Positions 34,583-45,104 of a stretch of DNA of 64,000 bases are shown here, piece after piece (within the stretch, counting starts at the first letter, position 1; each line of letters begins with the position of its first letter). Made by a program: the position numbers and the translations under genes. The notes beneath the pieces were generated by a model that worked only from the letters and a program-made list of their open reading frames with translations, did not search any database and had not been told where the DNA came from. Source of the DNA: Rebecca billardiae RCC1528 (Eukaryota; Protista; Haptophyta); the NCBI GenBank assembly GCA_965240325.2, contig OZ251251.1:496001-560000 (forward strand). The letters run 5' to 3'.

Positions 34583-36992
34583 ATGGCGCCGGCGGCGAGT
34601 GGGGGTGGCCGAGATGGTGCCGTGCGAGCCGCGCGGCCGGGCTCGTCCGCCTCGTCGGCGGGCGGCGGCGCGCGCGGCGTGCGCGCGCTTGCCGCCGAGC
34701 GGGAGCAGGCGGGCGGCAGCGCTGGCGGCGCGGCGGACGGCTCGCTCGCGTCGCGGGAGCGCGGCCTGGAGGAGGGCGCGAGCGTGGACCTGAGCGCCAA
34801 GGCGCTCGGCGCGCGGGCCCTCAACGCGCGCAACGCGCGCATGCGCGCCGAGGAGGATCGGCAACTGCTGGCTGTGCGCGCTCGGCGCGCGCCGCGCCGA
34901 GCGGCGCCGCGCGCCGCGCGCCGCGCCCGGCCTCGCGCGCGGCGGGGCTCGCGCGCACACCCCCTCCTTGACGTGCGTGCGCCCTCGCGCGCCCGCCCGC
35001 CCCCGCCCGCTCCCTCCCGCCGCCCCCAGAACCGGATCAAGCGGCTGCTCACGGAGCAGGACAAAGCGACCAAGCGCATTGCGGAGACGCGCAAGCGCAC
35101 TGAGCAGGTATGGGCGCGCGCGTCTTTTTCTCTCATTATATTTGTTTCTTTTCTTGCACGCACGTGCTTGCTGGCTGGCTGGCTTGCGCCGCCGCGCACT
35201 GCGCGGGGCACGCGCGCGTGCGTGCGTGGACGTCGTCCTCACCGTCGATCCATCCATCCCCGCGCTGCATCCGCCGCGTGTGCGTGTGTGCGTGTGCGTG
35301 TGTGCGTGTGCGTGTGCGTGTGTGTGTGCGTGTGCGTGTGCGTGTGTGTGTGCGTGTGTGTGTGCGTGTGCGTGTGCGTGTGTGTGTGTGCGTGTGTGCG
35401 TGTGCGTGTGCGTGTGTGTGTGCGCGTGTGTGCGTGTGTGTGCGTGTGTGTGCGTGTGTGTGTGTGCGTGTGTGTGCGTGTGTGTGTGCGCCGCGTGTGA
35501 CCGCACAGATCAAGGCGATGCGCGACCGGAACGCCCAGCACGCCTCCGCGCAGCAGGAGGCGCAGCTGTACCTGCGGATGGAGCGCGACCTGCAGAAGCA
35601 GCACGCGCTGCGCACGCGCGAGGACAGGCAGAGGCGAGTGGCGGACGCGCGCGCGTCTGTGCGCGAGCAACGGTGTGTGCGGCGGCGCGGCGGCGCGGCG
35701 GCGCGGCGGCGCGGTGGCGCGTGCGGCGCGCGGCGCGGCCCGCGGCGGCACGCGCGCTGCACGCGGCACCGCGCACCCGCGCGTGTGGCGTGTGTGCGCC
35801 GCGCCTCACCCGCGCACCCGCCGCCGCGCCGCGCCCGCGCCCGCCCGCCCGCCCGCCCGCCCGCCCGCTGCCGCGCCGCGCCGCGCCGCGCCGCGCCGCG
35901 CCCGCAACAGTGCTCTAGACTCGGCCTCTGTGAAGGCGGCGCGCGCGCAGACGTCCAGTCGGCTGTCCCAGGAGCGCGCGGAGGTGGAGGCGGCCGCGGT
36001 GGCGAAGCGGAACGAGGTGCGCGCGGCCGAGCTCGAGCTGCTGGCGCGCAAGCAGGAGGAGCGGGCGGCGCAGCTCGAGGTGAGATTGCAATCTCGGCGC
36101 GCGAGATTGCGCGCGAGATTGCGCGCGCGATTGCGCGCGCGGCGCCGCGCAAGCAATCTCGCGAGCCGAGATTGCGCGCGCGCGCGGCTCGCGCGCGTCC
36201 CGCGCGCGGATCTCGCGAGCGGCATGTCGCGCACGCCGCGCCGGGCGCGCGCCCTGCTCGCCTCCCGCGCCTCACCGCCTCAGCCCCCACCCCGGCGCCG
36301 CGCCCACCGCGCACACACGCGCGTGCCCCTCTGCGCCCCCCGCTGCGGTGCCACGGCGCGCGTGCGCGCGCGTGTGCGTGCGTGCGCAGCGGCTCGCGGC
36401 CCGGGAGGAGGCGAAGCGGCAGGCACTGGCGGAGGAGATGAAGCAGCACGCGGCGCAGCTGGCGGAGATGGAGGTGGAGGAGCGGAGGTGCGCGCACGCC
36501 GCGCTGCGCGGAGGCGGCGCGCCGCGCACGCCTCTGCGCCGCCTGACCCGCCGCCGCCCGCCGCCCGCCGCCCACGCCCGCTCACGCCTGCCCCCGCCCC
36601 CTGCGCCGTGCCCGCCCTGCGCCCCCGGCTGTCTTCCCTCCCTCCGCGCCCATCGGCCGCGCCGCCGCAGACTGATCGGCTCGCTCACGCAGTGCCAGGA
36701 CGACCAGCGCTCCGCCTTCGTCGAGCTCGAGCAGCTGATTCGCGAGGGGGTGACGCCGGCGGGGCGCGTGCGCACGCGGCGGCGCGGCTCGGCCGCGGCC
36801 GCGCGCGCCGAGGCGGAGGAGGAGGTGCGGCGGGATTTGGACGCGGAGCTGGCGCGGCAGGCGGACGCGGACGCGGGCCCGACGGGCGGCTCCGCCGGCC
36901 GCCGGCGTGGCGGCGGCGGCTCCGACGTCACCATGCCGCCGCTCGCGCTGACGCACACTCAGAAAGCGGCGGGCGGCGGCGGAGGGCCGTAG
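34583..36992 (+). CDS. Multi-exon coiled-coil protein of unknown function
   Basis: About 6 exons splice via GT-AG to ...[12 protein letters not shown]|[26 protein letters not shown]|IKAMRDRN...|[23 protein letters not shown]. Continuous charged heptads. Confidence 0.8.
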
Positions 36993-37488
36993 CGAGCGCA
37001 GCGCTGCGCACGACCAGCCAGACTCTACTGCCCCAGGCGTAACCGGCGTAACCATCGTCCAGCACTGTGCGGATATGCGTGCGGCGGGCAGTACGACGCC
37101 GACCACCTCCGCCGGGGGCATGGTGCCGTCACGCGGCCTGCGAGTGCCATTGCGTATGACCTCGGACCCGGGAGCATCCCGGCGTCAATCAATAATAGTA
37201 GTAAGCAGACAAGTCTCACGGAGGGAGGGAGCTCGACTGCTCGAGTCAGCATCATCCTGATTCGCCATTACCAAGCTACTACTATCAGACCATAATCGTC
37301 GCAAAATTAATGTTTCAACAGATTAACCCTCATTCAGTATCGCGTCCACACGATCCGGGCCGTTCCTGACTCGCCCAGCCAAGGGCGGCGGGCCACTGCT
37401 GATCAACAACGCCGCCGCCGCCGCTTGCCGAGCAGGCACTCTTCGCGGAAGCACGAGGCGGCTACTGGGGAACCGCGCGACGAGCCCG

Positions 37489-39864
37489 ATGGCGCGCCCG
37501 CGCACGCCGAGCGGCGAGGACGCGGCGGCGGGCGGCGGGCTCGGCGGCGACGGGCCGAACCTGAGCCTGCAGGAGCTCGACGTCGACGGCGTGTGCGCCC
37601 TCCTCGCCGCGCTGCAGTGCGACGCCCTCCTGCCCGCCGTGCGGCGCGACGGGCTGACCGGCCGCGACCTGCCCTTCTTAGAAGACGCGGAGCTGCAGCA
37701 GATGGGGCTGACGCTCGCGGTGCGCCGGCGCCGGCTGCTCGCGGAGATCGCGCTGCTCGCGGAGGAGGGCGTGCCGCCCGAGCACGCCGCGGCGCTGCTG
37801 CCGCCCGGATCCGCCGCCGCCGCCGCCGCCGTCGGCTCGGCCGACGCCGACGCCGGCGACGCGGACGCGGACGCGGACGCGGACGCCGAGTTCGCCGACG
37901 CGCCCGAGTCTCCGCGCCGGCGCGTCTCGTCGTCGGACGTGCCTCCGCGCCGGCGCGCCGCGTCGGCCTCGCCGCACTCGCTCGCCGCGCTCGCGGCGCG
38001 CGCGGCAACGACACATCGGTCTTCCTCCAACTCCCCGAGTCACCCGCAGTCGCCCAGTCGGTCTGCGCCGGGCACGCCGCCGTCGGGGTCGCGCGTGTAC
38101 GCGCCTCCCGGGCCGTCGCCGCCCGGGCCGTCGCTCACGCCGCCGCCCTCGCGCCGCCCACGCACGCCGCCCGAGATGCCGCGCGGCGCGGGCGGCGCCG
38201 CCGCCGGCGCGCGCACGCCGCCGCCGGGTCGCACGCCGCCGCGCGCGCCGTCGGCGGCGGCGCACGCGGCGCCGCTCACGGCGGCGGCGGCGGCGCACGA
38301 CTCGCTGGTGGCGGACGCGGTGGCGGACGTGAGCGCGCGCGCGCGCGGCTGGCCGCAGCTCGTGGTGGCGCTGGCGGACGCGGCGGACGTCGGCTCCGAC
38401 GTCCTAGCAGAGTCGCCAGCGCACGCCGCCGCCGAGCGCGCGCGCGCCGCCGCGCGCGCGCTCGGCACTGTGTTCGCCCGCACCGCGCGCGACGGGTGCG
38501 AGCAGGCGGCCGCGGACGCGGGCGTGCTCGAGGCGGTGGTGACGGCGATGCGCGCGCACGTGGCCCACGCGCCGGCGCAGGAGGCCGCGTGCGGCGCGCT
38601 CGTCAACATCTGCTTCGGCGGCGACGCGGCCGGTCTCGCGCGCAAGCAGCGCGCCGCGGACGCGGGTGCGCTCCCGGCAATCGTCGCCGCGCTCGCAACT
38701 CACGAGCGCGACGTGGGCGTCGCGGAGAACGGGTGCTGGGCGCTGGTGAACGTGACGGGCGGCACGGACGCGTCCGGGCTCGCGCGGAAGCAGCGCGCCG
38801 CGGACGCGGGCGCGATCGGCGCGCTCGTCCGCGCGCTGCGCGCGCACGCGCCAACGCACGCCGGCGCTGCCGAGTATGGCTGCGGCGCTCTGCGGAACAT
38901 TTGCCACGGCGACGACGCGGCCGGGCGGCGGCGCGCGGCGCACGCCGCGGGCTCGGGCGCGCTCGCCGCCATCGCGCGCGCGATGGAGGCGCACCCGAAG
39001 AGCCTCGGCGTGCAGGCCAACGGCTGCGGCGCGCTCAGGAGCGTGTGCGCCGCCGGCGCCGCCGCCGGCGCCGCCGCCGCCGACGACGACGTCAGCCTTG
39101 GGGCCGAGCCGCGCGCCGGCGCCGCCGCCGCCGCCGCCGAGCGTGCGCAGCACTCGGACGGGCACACGGACGGCGCGCGCGCGGCCGCGCTGCGCGCCGT
39201 CGTGCGCGCGATGGACGTGCACCTCGCGCACGCGGTGCTGCAGGAGCAGGCGTGCTGGGCGGTGCGCGCACTGTGCACGGGCACGGACGCGGCCGGGCGC
39301 GCGCGCAAGGCCAGAGCGGTCGAGGCGGGAGCACTCGGCGCCGCCGTGCGCGCGATGGCGGCGCATGAGGGCTCGGCGCAGTTGCAGGAGGCGGCGTGCC
39401 GCGCGCTGGCGAACCTGTGCAACGACGACGGCGGCGCGGACGGGGCGGGGCCGCCGGGCCGCGCGCACGCCGCCGCCGAGGCGGGCGTGATCTCCGCACT
39501 TTTGCGCGCCATGCGCGCGCACCCCTTCCACGCGGGTGTGCAGGAGTGCGGTTGCCGCGCGCTCGCAAACGTGTGCGTCGGCAACGACGGCGCCGGCCGC
39601 GCGCGCAAGCAGCGCGCGGCCGACGCGGGCGCGCTCGGCGTGATCGTGCGCGCGATGGGCGCGCACCCGCGCTCGCCGGCCGTGCAGGAGCACGCGTGCA
39701 TCGCGCTCAACAACATCTGCGTCGGCGCCGACGCGGCCGCGGACGCGCGCCGACGGATCGCGGTTGAGGAGGGGGCGCGCTCGGCCGCGGCCGCGCTGCC
39801 CGCCGCGCACGCCGAGCACGCTGGCGTGAAGCGCTGGGCGGCGGTGGTGCTCGGCCTGCTCTGA
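37489..39864 (+). CDS. SAM domain + armadillo-repeat protein
   Basis: LDVDGVCALL...DGLTGRDLPFLEDAELQQMGL (SAM), a Pro/Ser linker, then ~7 repeats of type AGAL.AIV.AM.AH...VQE.AC.AL.N.C. Single exon. Confidence 0.88.
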   Translation: MARPRTPSGEDAAAGGGLGGDGPNLSLQELDVDGVCALLAALQCDALLPAVRRDGLTGRDLPFLEDAELQQMGLTLAVRRRRLLAEIALLAEEGVPPEHAAALLPPGSAAAAAAVGSADADAGDADADADADAEFADAPESPRRRVSSSDVPPRRRAASASPHSLAALAARAATTHRSSSNSPSHPQSPSRSAPGTPPSGSRVYAPPGPSPPGPSLTPPPSRRPRTPPEMPRGAGGAAAGARTPPPGRTPPRAPSAAAHAAPLTAAAAAHDSLVADAVADVSARARGWPQLVVALADAADVGSDVLAESPAHAAAERARAAARALGTVFARTARDGCEQAAADAGVLEAVVTAMRAHVAHAPAQEAACGALVNICFGGDAAGLARKQRAADAGALPAIVAALATHERDVGVAENGCWALVNVTGGTDASGLARKQRAADAGAIGALVRALRAHAPTHAGAAEYGCGALRNICHGDDAAGRRRAAHAAGSGALAAIARAMEAHPKSLGVQANGCGALRSVCAAGAAAGAAAADDDVSLGAEPRAGAAAAAAERAQHSDGHTDGARAAALRAVVRAMDVHLAHAVLQEQACWAVRALCTGTDAAGRARKARAVEAGALGAAVRAMAAHEGSAQLQEAACRALANLCNDDGGADGAGPPGRAHAAAEAGVISALLRAMRAHPFHAGVQECGCRALANVCVGNDGAGRARKQRAADAGALGVIVRAMGAHPRSPAVQEHACIALNNICVGADAAADARRRIAVEEGARSAAAALPAAHAEHAGVKRWAAVVLGLL

Positions 39865-40648
39865 AGCCGGGCTCGGAGCCGGAGCCGGCCGCGCCGGGCG
39901 GCCCCGACTGCGGCGCGATGGCGGAGGCTGCTCGCCAGCTGCGGCAGCCGGCTGCACGCGGAGCCGCCTCGTCGGCGCGCGGCGGCCGCTGCGGGCTGCG
40001 AATCCGACGGCGACGATTCGCGCGCGGCGGGGATATCCCGGGACTCGCTGTACGACTCCCGAGTAGTGTCGTCGCGTAGTATGATGTATGTATATCGACG
40101 ATATTCGTCCGCCGCGCTATATAGCTGCGCCCTGCTGCAAGTCTAGTGCCAGTGGCGGCCGCGGCTGGCACGCCGCCCGTGGCCGTAGTGCCGTACTCCG
40201 TACGCCCGTACGGTCCGAGCGGGCGGCTCCGCCGCGTCAGCCTGACGCGCCGGCGGCTCGTCATCATCAATCACCGACGACACCGGGACTCATTCGGCAC
40301 GACCACGGACAGGCACTATACTCAGTGACTCGGTACTGATGGCGCGCGCATGTGATATGCCGCGCGAGTCGTAGTGTCCGCCGTACTCACAGCACTGACT
40401 GATGACACGGCGCTGTGACCGACGCTCCGCGTAGGTAGGCGGGCGAGTAGCCCGGCTCGGACGGCCCGCGCCGGGGCCGTAGCGGGCGGCCTCGGAGCCG
40501 GCCCGAGTGCGGAGAGTGGCGAGTACGACTCGCGAGTGATGACACATCGTGACATCGTCCGACTCGTCCGAATATCATCGGGATTAAGTCCGTGCTGAGT
40601 ATTCATTATTATATATATAACGACGGCAGGACGACCGTAATTATACTA

Positions 40649-41499
40649 CAGTCCCCTCGTCATGCTAAACAATTGGTTACCCTTGTGTTTGGCTGTCTAT
40701 ACCAGCTCCGTCACTGTTTGAGGCCCACTGCTGCATGCTATCTGTTACTGCACCTATAGCCCTCACAGACCAGGTGGGTATGAGCTGGGCGGGTGTGTGG
40801 GCTGAGTCAGTCAGATAAATTGAATGCAGGTGCGCAACCGGCTGACGGGTGCTGCGCGGGGGTGCTGGACCACCACGAGGGCAGGCAGGGATGGAAATTC
40901 ACCCCCTGAGCAGGCTGTGGGCTGGCTGGCTGGGAGTGTAGCAGCTGTATAGTGGGCCCTGGCGCTGCAGCTGGATGGCCTTTGATACTGCCTAGCAGCC
41001 AGCCTAGCAGTATAGTCTGGCGTGAGCAGTGCGGTTTCAGTGACTCACAGTGCGCAGGCCACGTCTCTGCGGGTGGTGGTCGGGGAATGGCCACCACAGT
41101 GCACCAGATGCACCTAGCCTGCCAGCGGCCCACCTGCTGATTAAGTATGATGCCCTGAGTAGCACAGCACACGAGGCTCCGCCGAAAATCAGCGGATTCA
41201 GCGGCGGCGCGCTGTGCTACAAGCTGGGCTGAAAGGGGTGTGGGAGCCAGTCGAGAGCCTGTCGGCCACTGTCACGTCCGAGCTGGCCGGCTTCACGTGC
41301 TACCCAGAGAAGTCCTCCAATGGTCACCCACCCGGCTGAAGTCATGATGGGTGGGTGCAGCTCGACCGAATGGAGAGTGCTCAGGGGCCGCAGCAGGTGC
41401 CCGCCATGCAAGCCTACTGGCGGCCAAGATGAACGGGTGTGATGTGCAGGTGTGCTCCGTCCATATAGGGTAATCAATTGTTGATTGAGAGGACTACTG
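40649..41499 (+). mobile_element. Non-autonomous Tc1/mariner/pogo-like element, copy 1 (degraded by small insertions)
   Basis: TA|CAGTCCCCTC...GAGAGGACT(ACT)G|TA. Colinear inverse match to 57193-57986. Confidence 0.9.
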
Positions 41500-41850
41500 T
41501 AATGACCGACGACTGTTACGCGGGCGGCCCCTCAGGCGCGGCGCGGGTGACCGTCACTGTCAGGTACGGTACTGCTCGGTAGTCTCACGGGATCAGTCCG
41601 CGCCGAGTAAGTGAGTACTCGTCGTAGAGTGATCGGACCCGCCATCAGACTGGGACGCTGCATGCTCGCCTTCGATCTGCCTTCGCCTTTGGCGTCAGCG
41701 CTCATACGCTAGCAGCACTGATGCTGATGCAGCACGCGCGGCCCAGCCGGGCAGAAGTCAGGGCGGCTGCGGGCCCGCCGACGGTGATGTAGTTACCGAA
41801 GATGCGGCCTCGCTGCAGCGAGCCCCACGGTGGCCACGGCTCGCCACGCC

Positions 41851-42773
41851 TCACCTCCGCTGGGAGGCGCCGCGCCCGCCGCCGCGGCTGCTACCACTGT
41901 GGCTGCGCGCGCCTCTGCCGGCACCGGCGCCGCGGCCGCGTGACGCGGCGGCAGCAGAGGCTGGCTTGGAGGCGGCGCGCGGCGCGGCGATGCTAGCCAG
42001 CGTGGGCGTGCGAGTGCCGCCGCCGGCCCCGCCGCCCTCCCTCGCGCTCGCGCTCGCCTTCGCACTCGCACCCGCCTTCGCACTCGCACTCGCACTCGCA
42101 CTCGGCTGCTGCTGCTGCTGCGGCTGCCCCTGCCCCGCCTGCCCGTTCTCCGCGTAGGTGGACGGCCGGATCCCCGCCTGCAGAATCAGCTGTCGCAGGC
42201 GCCGATTCTCCTCCTCTAGCCTCTCGTTCTCCTCGAGCAATTCGGAGGCGACGGACTCGGGGCGGCCGGACTCGGAGCGGAGGCGGAAGCGCGAGGCCTC
42301 GGAGTACGTGCTGTGCCGCCAGTTGACGTGGGCGGCGCGTGCGCAAGGGCGCGAGGGCGTGAGGGCACGGCGCGCGCGGCGGCGGAGCGCGCGGCGCGCG
42401 CCGCGCCGCACCGTGTGGCGACGCTGCGCTTGTCGACGTCGCCACCGTCGTCGTCGGAGGCGAGCGCGACCGTCGAGCGGGCCGTCGACGACGCAAGCCC
42501 CGTCGCCCGCGAGCGCGACGCCGCGCCCGCGCTCGCCGCGTCGTCAATGCCGGGGATGGCGCGGCCGCGGCGCGCGTGCAACGCCTGCACTTCCCACCCG
42601 CCGGCGGCGGGCGAGACGCTGAGGTAGTTGAGCGGCACGTTGCGCTCCTGGCGGTCGAGGTTGCTCACCAGGTTGAAGAGCGCGCGGTCCTCCTTGTCCG
42701 TGCGCTGCTTCCAGAAGAAGGCGTCGTTGTTGGGCAGCTCGCGCTGCACGATTGCAGCCCGCCCTTCGGCCAT
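41851..42773 (-). CDS. Two-exon hypothetical protein with short coiled coil
   Basis: MAEGRAAIVQRELPNNDAFFWKQRTDKED... joined through a GT-AG intron (~42411-42311) to TYSEASRF...ELLEENERLEEENRRLRQLI. Confidence 0.7.
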
Positions 42774-43900
42774 GCTGCCGCGCCGTCCTTGCGCTTTGTG
42801 ACGTGTGTAACCGATCCGCCGACGCTGATTCCGCATCAACTCGTTCGAGTTTCTTTCGAAAGTCGCCCGACGATGGCGGCAGGGCACGATGGCGGCACGG
42901 CAGAGTCCGCCACACGGTCGTCGCTACTGACTGAACGTGGTGGCGGGGCCGCCGAGCTCCGTAGAGTGTGCGTCATCTAATAATGACGTAGCTGCAGCAC
43001 GACTCACGGCAGATCGCCCTGGAGCTGGGACCGAGAAGGCCGCGCTGGGGAGCCTGCCGCCCTGCGGCGCCCGCCGATTCTTCGACTTCATCCGACTGGA
43101 CAGCGAACCTAAGCCGCCGAGTGACTCGCGCCAGGAGTAGCCACCTGGTACCGGCGCTGGCGTTGGCGTCCTGCCACTTCAGGTTGCGGCACGTCCCACA
43201 TGACGGGCACGAACTTGACCCACTCATGATGGCCGTGAACACGCGTCGAGCCGGGCGGCTGACTCACGCAGTCCGCGCGCCCGGAGCGCCCGACAGAGCC
43301 CACCACGGCTGGCGCGTGCTATGGGCAGCAAGGAGCGCGCCGACGAAGAGGAGCGACGCCCCGGCGCCATCAATGAGGGCGGGGCTCAGCCGCGATCGGC
43401 CTGGACGCCAGCCGAAGGCCGAGTGCATGGGCAGCCGCTCCGCAGCCGTCCGACCGCCGCTACCCGCGCTACCGCACGGCGGCACTGGCCGCGCTGCGGG
43501 CCAAATCCCGTGCTGGACCTGGTCAAGACCCATCGAACGGTCAATACCGCGACGATTATGTGATGCTGTTGCGTAGCACAGTAGCAGCCTCTCAGCCGCC
43601 CCGCCACCGGCGGATGACGATATATCATCATCATCCGGATCTGCTGGCGGCATATATGCGACTCCGCTGAGGCGCTCGGTCACTCGACTCGACGGCTGCC
43701 TCTCACAGTCACAGCAGACTCAGACTCACTCGAGCACTCTCTGGCTGTGAGTCATGAGTGACTCTGCATGTCAGTATAGAAGCAGGCCGTTACGCGGTAT
43801 AGTTATACTACTGATGAGGAGAGAGTCGACGACGCGAGAAAGCAGCCGCTCCACCATCGCAGGCGACCAGCGCCGTACTATAACTACGGCTACAGTCTAA

Positions 43901-44824
43901 CTACTCGCCCATGAGCGTGGAGTGGATGGTGTCCAGCCGCGCAGGGAGGGGCCCAGACCCTGAGACGATGCCGAGAGCAGTCTCACCCTGCGTCACGACC
44001 TCGAGCGCGGGCGTATCGTCTGCCAAGCCGAGCTGGGTTCGCACGTCACGTGCCTTCTCGGCGAAGCCCTTCTTGCCGCCGCCGCTGGGCGGCGGTGTCG
44101 GCTGGTACGCTGGCGGCGGAAGCACTTGAGGAATGTCCTGCTGCTGGTGCTCAGGGGTGGCAGGCGCGCTGCCGAGGTTGATGGTGACACTGTTGGCGAC
44201 GATCCTGGCTGAGGGCTCCGCAGCACCCTCCTGGGCATCGTCGACCTGGCTGGTGTTCTGGATCGGCGCGGGCGAACTCGGCGCCGGGTGGACAACGGCA
44301 ACAGTATGAGTCCTGCCATGATCGTCGCACGAGCAGAACTTGTTGAGGCACCACAAGACGAAGAAGACGCTCGCGAAGGCGAAGATCAGCCCAAATACGA
44401 GGCCAGCAACGTTCACGTCTTCCTCACACCTTTCCGGGGTGAAGCCCCCGCTCGTGCGGAGTTCGCACGAGAAGAAGTGGTTGTTGCTGGAGATGGCCAG
44501 GTTCATCCCGCGCCCGTCCGCGCATTGGCAGTCGTCAGCACACAGCTGCTCATCCACGCTGAGGCTTGCGGTCCTCTCCCCGCCGAGCTTAGTGTAGTGC
44601 CTGAACCGACGGCCGTTTGCGAGCTCTTCGTACTCGTCGTCTTCAAGGGCATACACATTGAAGGTGCATTCGCTCGAGCCGCCGATCGCGTCGATCGAGT
44701 AGTCGAGAATGCCCTCGCCCTCCCACGAGAGGATCTTGTACACGCCGTCCGGAGGCAGCGTGAGGTCCTCGCACGCCACCCCGTGGAGCAGTGCGTAGCC
44801 GAGAGCCCAGAGACGGGGCCTCAT
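43901..44824 (-). CDS. Type I membrane protein (signal peptide, Cys-containing ectodomain, TM helix, PPAY motif)
   Basis: MRPRLWALGYALLHGVAC leader; TM VAGLVFGLIFAFASVFFVLWCL; cytosolic LPPPAY; intronless 307 aa. Confidence 0.8.
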   Translation of the reverse strand: MRPRLWALGYALLHGVACEDLTLPPDGVYKILSWEGEGILDYSIDAIGGSSECTFNVYALEDDEYEELANGRRFRHYTKLGGERTASLSVDEQLCADDCQCADGRGMNLAISSNNHFFSCELRTSGGFTPERCEEDVNVAGLVFGLIFAFASVFFVLWCLNKFCSCDDHGRTHTVAVVHPAPSSPAPIQNTSQVDDAQEGAAEPSARIVANSVTINLGSAPATPEHQQQDIPQVLPPPAYQPTPPPSGGGKKGFAEKARDVRTQLGLADDTPALEVVTQGETALGIVSGSGPLPARLDTIHSTLMGE

Positions 44825-45104
44825 CGAGCCGCGTTTGGGTGGGTGCAGATCACCTCGAGCAGTGGGTGCGCGTCCAGGCGCGGCGCGATGGTCGCAAGGT
44901 TGCCCTGTCCTCGCTCCGTCGGGTCGTTCGTCGGCTGGGGCCCTTCCGTTTGGTCGCCAGACGGTGAGAGTCCGGACGCGGGCCCTCCCGGACCACGGTT
45001 TACAGCCCCACTCGCTCAAGGCGCCACACAAGGGGGGGACGCTCGCTGAGCCGTTGCTGCTGCGGGTTGGCGTGGGCGGAGCCCGCCACCCCGCTTCGGC
45101 CGCC

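Noticed and set aside
42973-43683. Possible membrane-protein gene
   Set aside because: Only short coding-like patches in different frames; cannot be assigned, possibly a decayed pseudogene.
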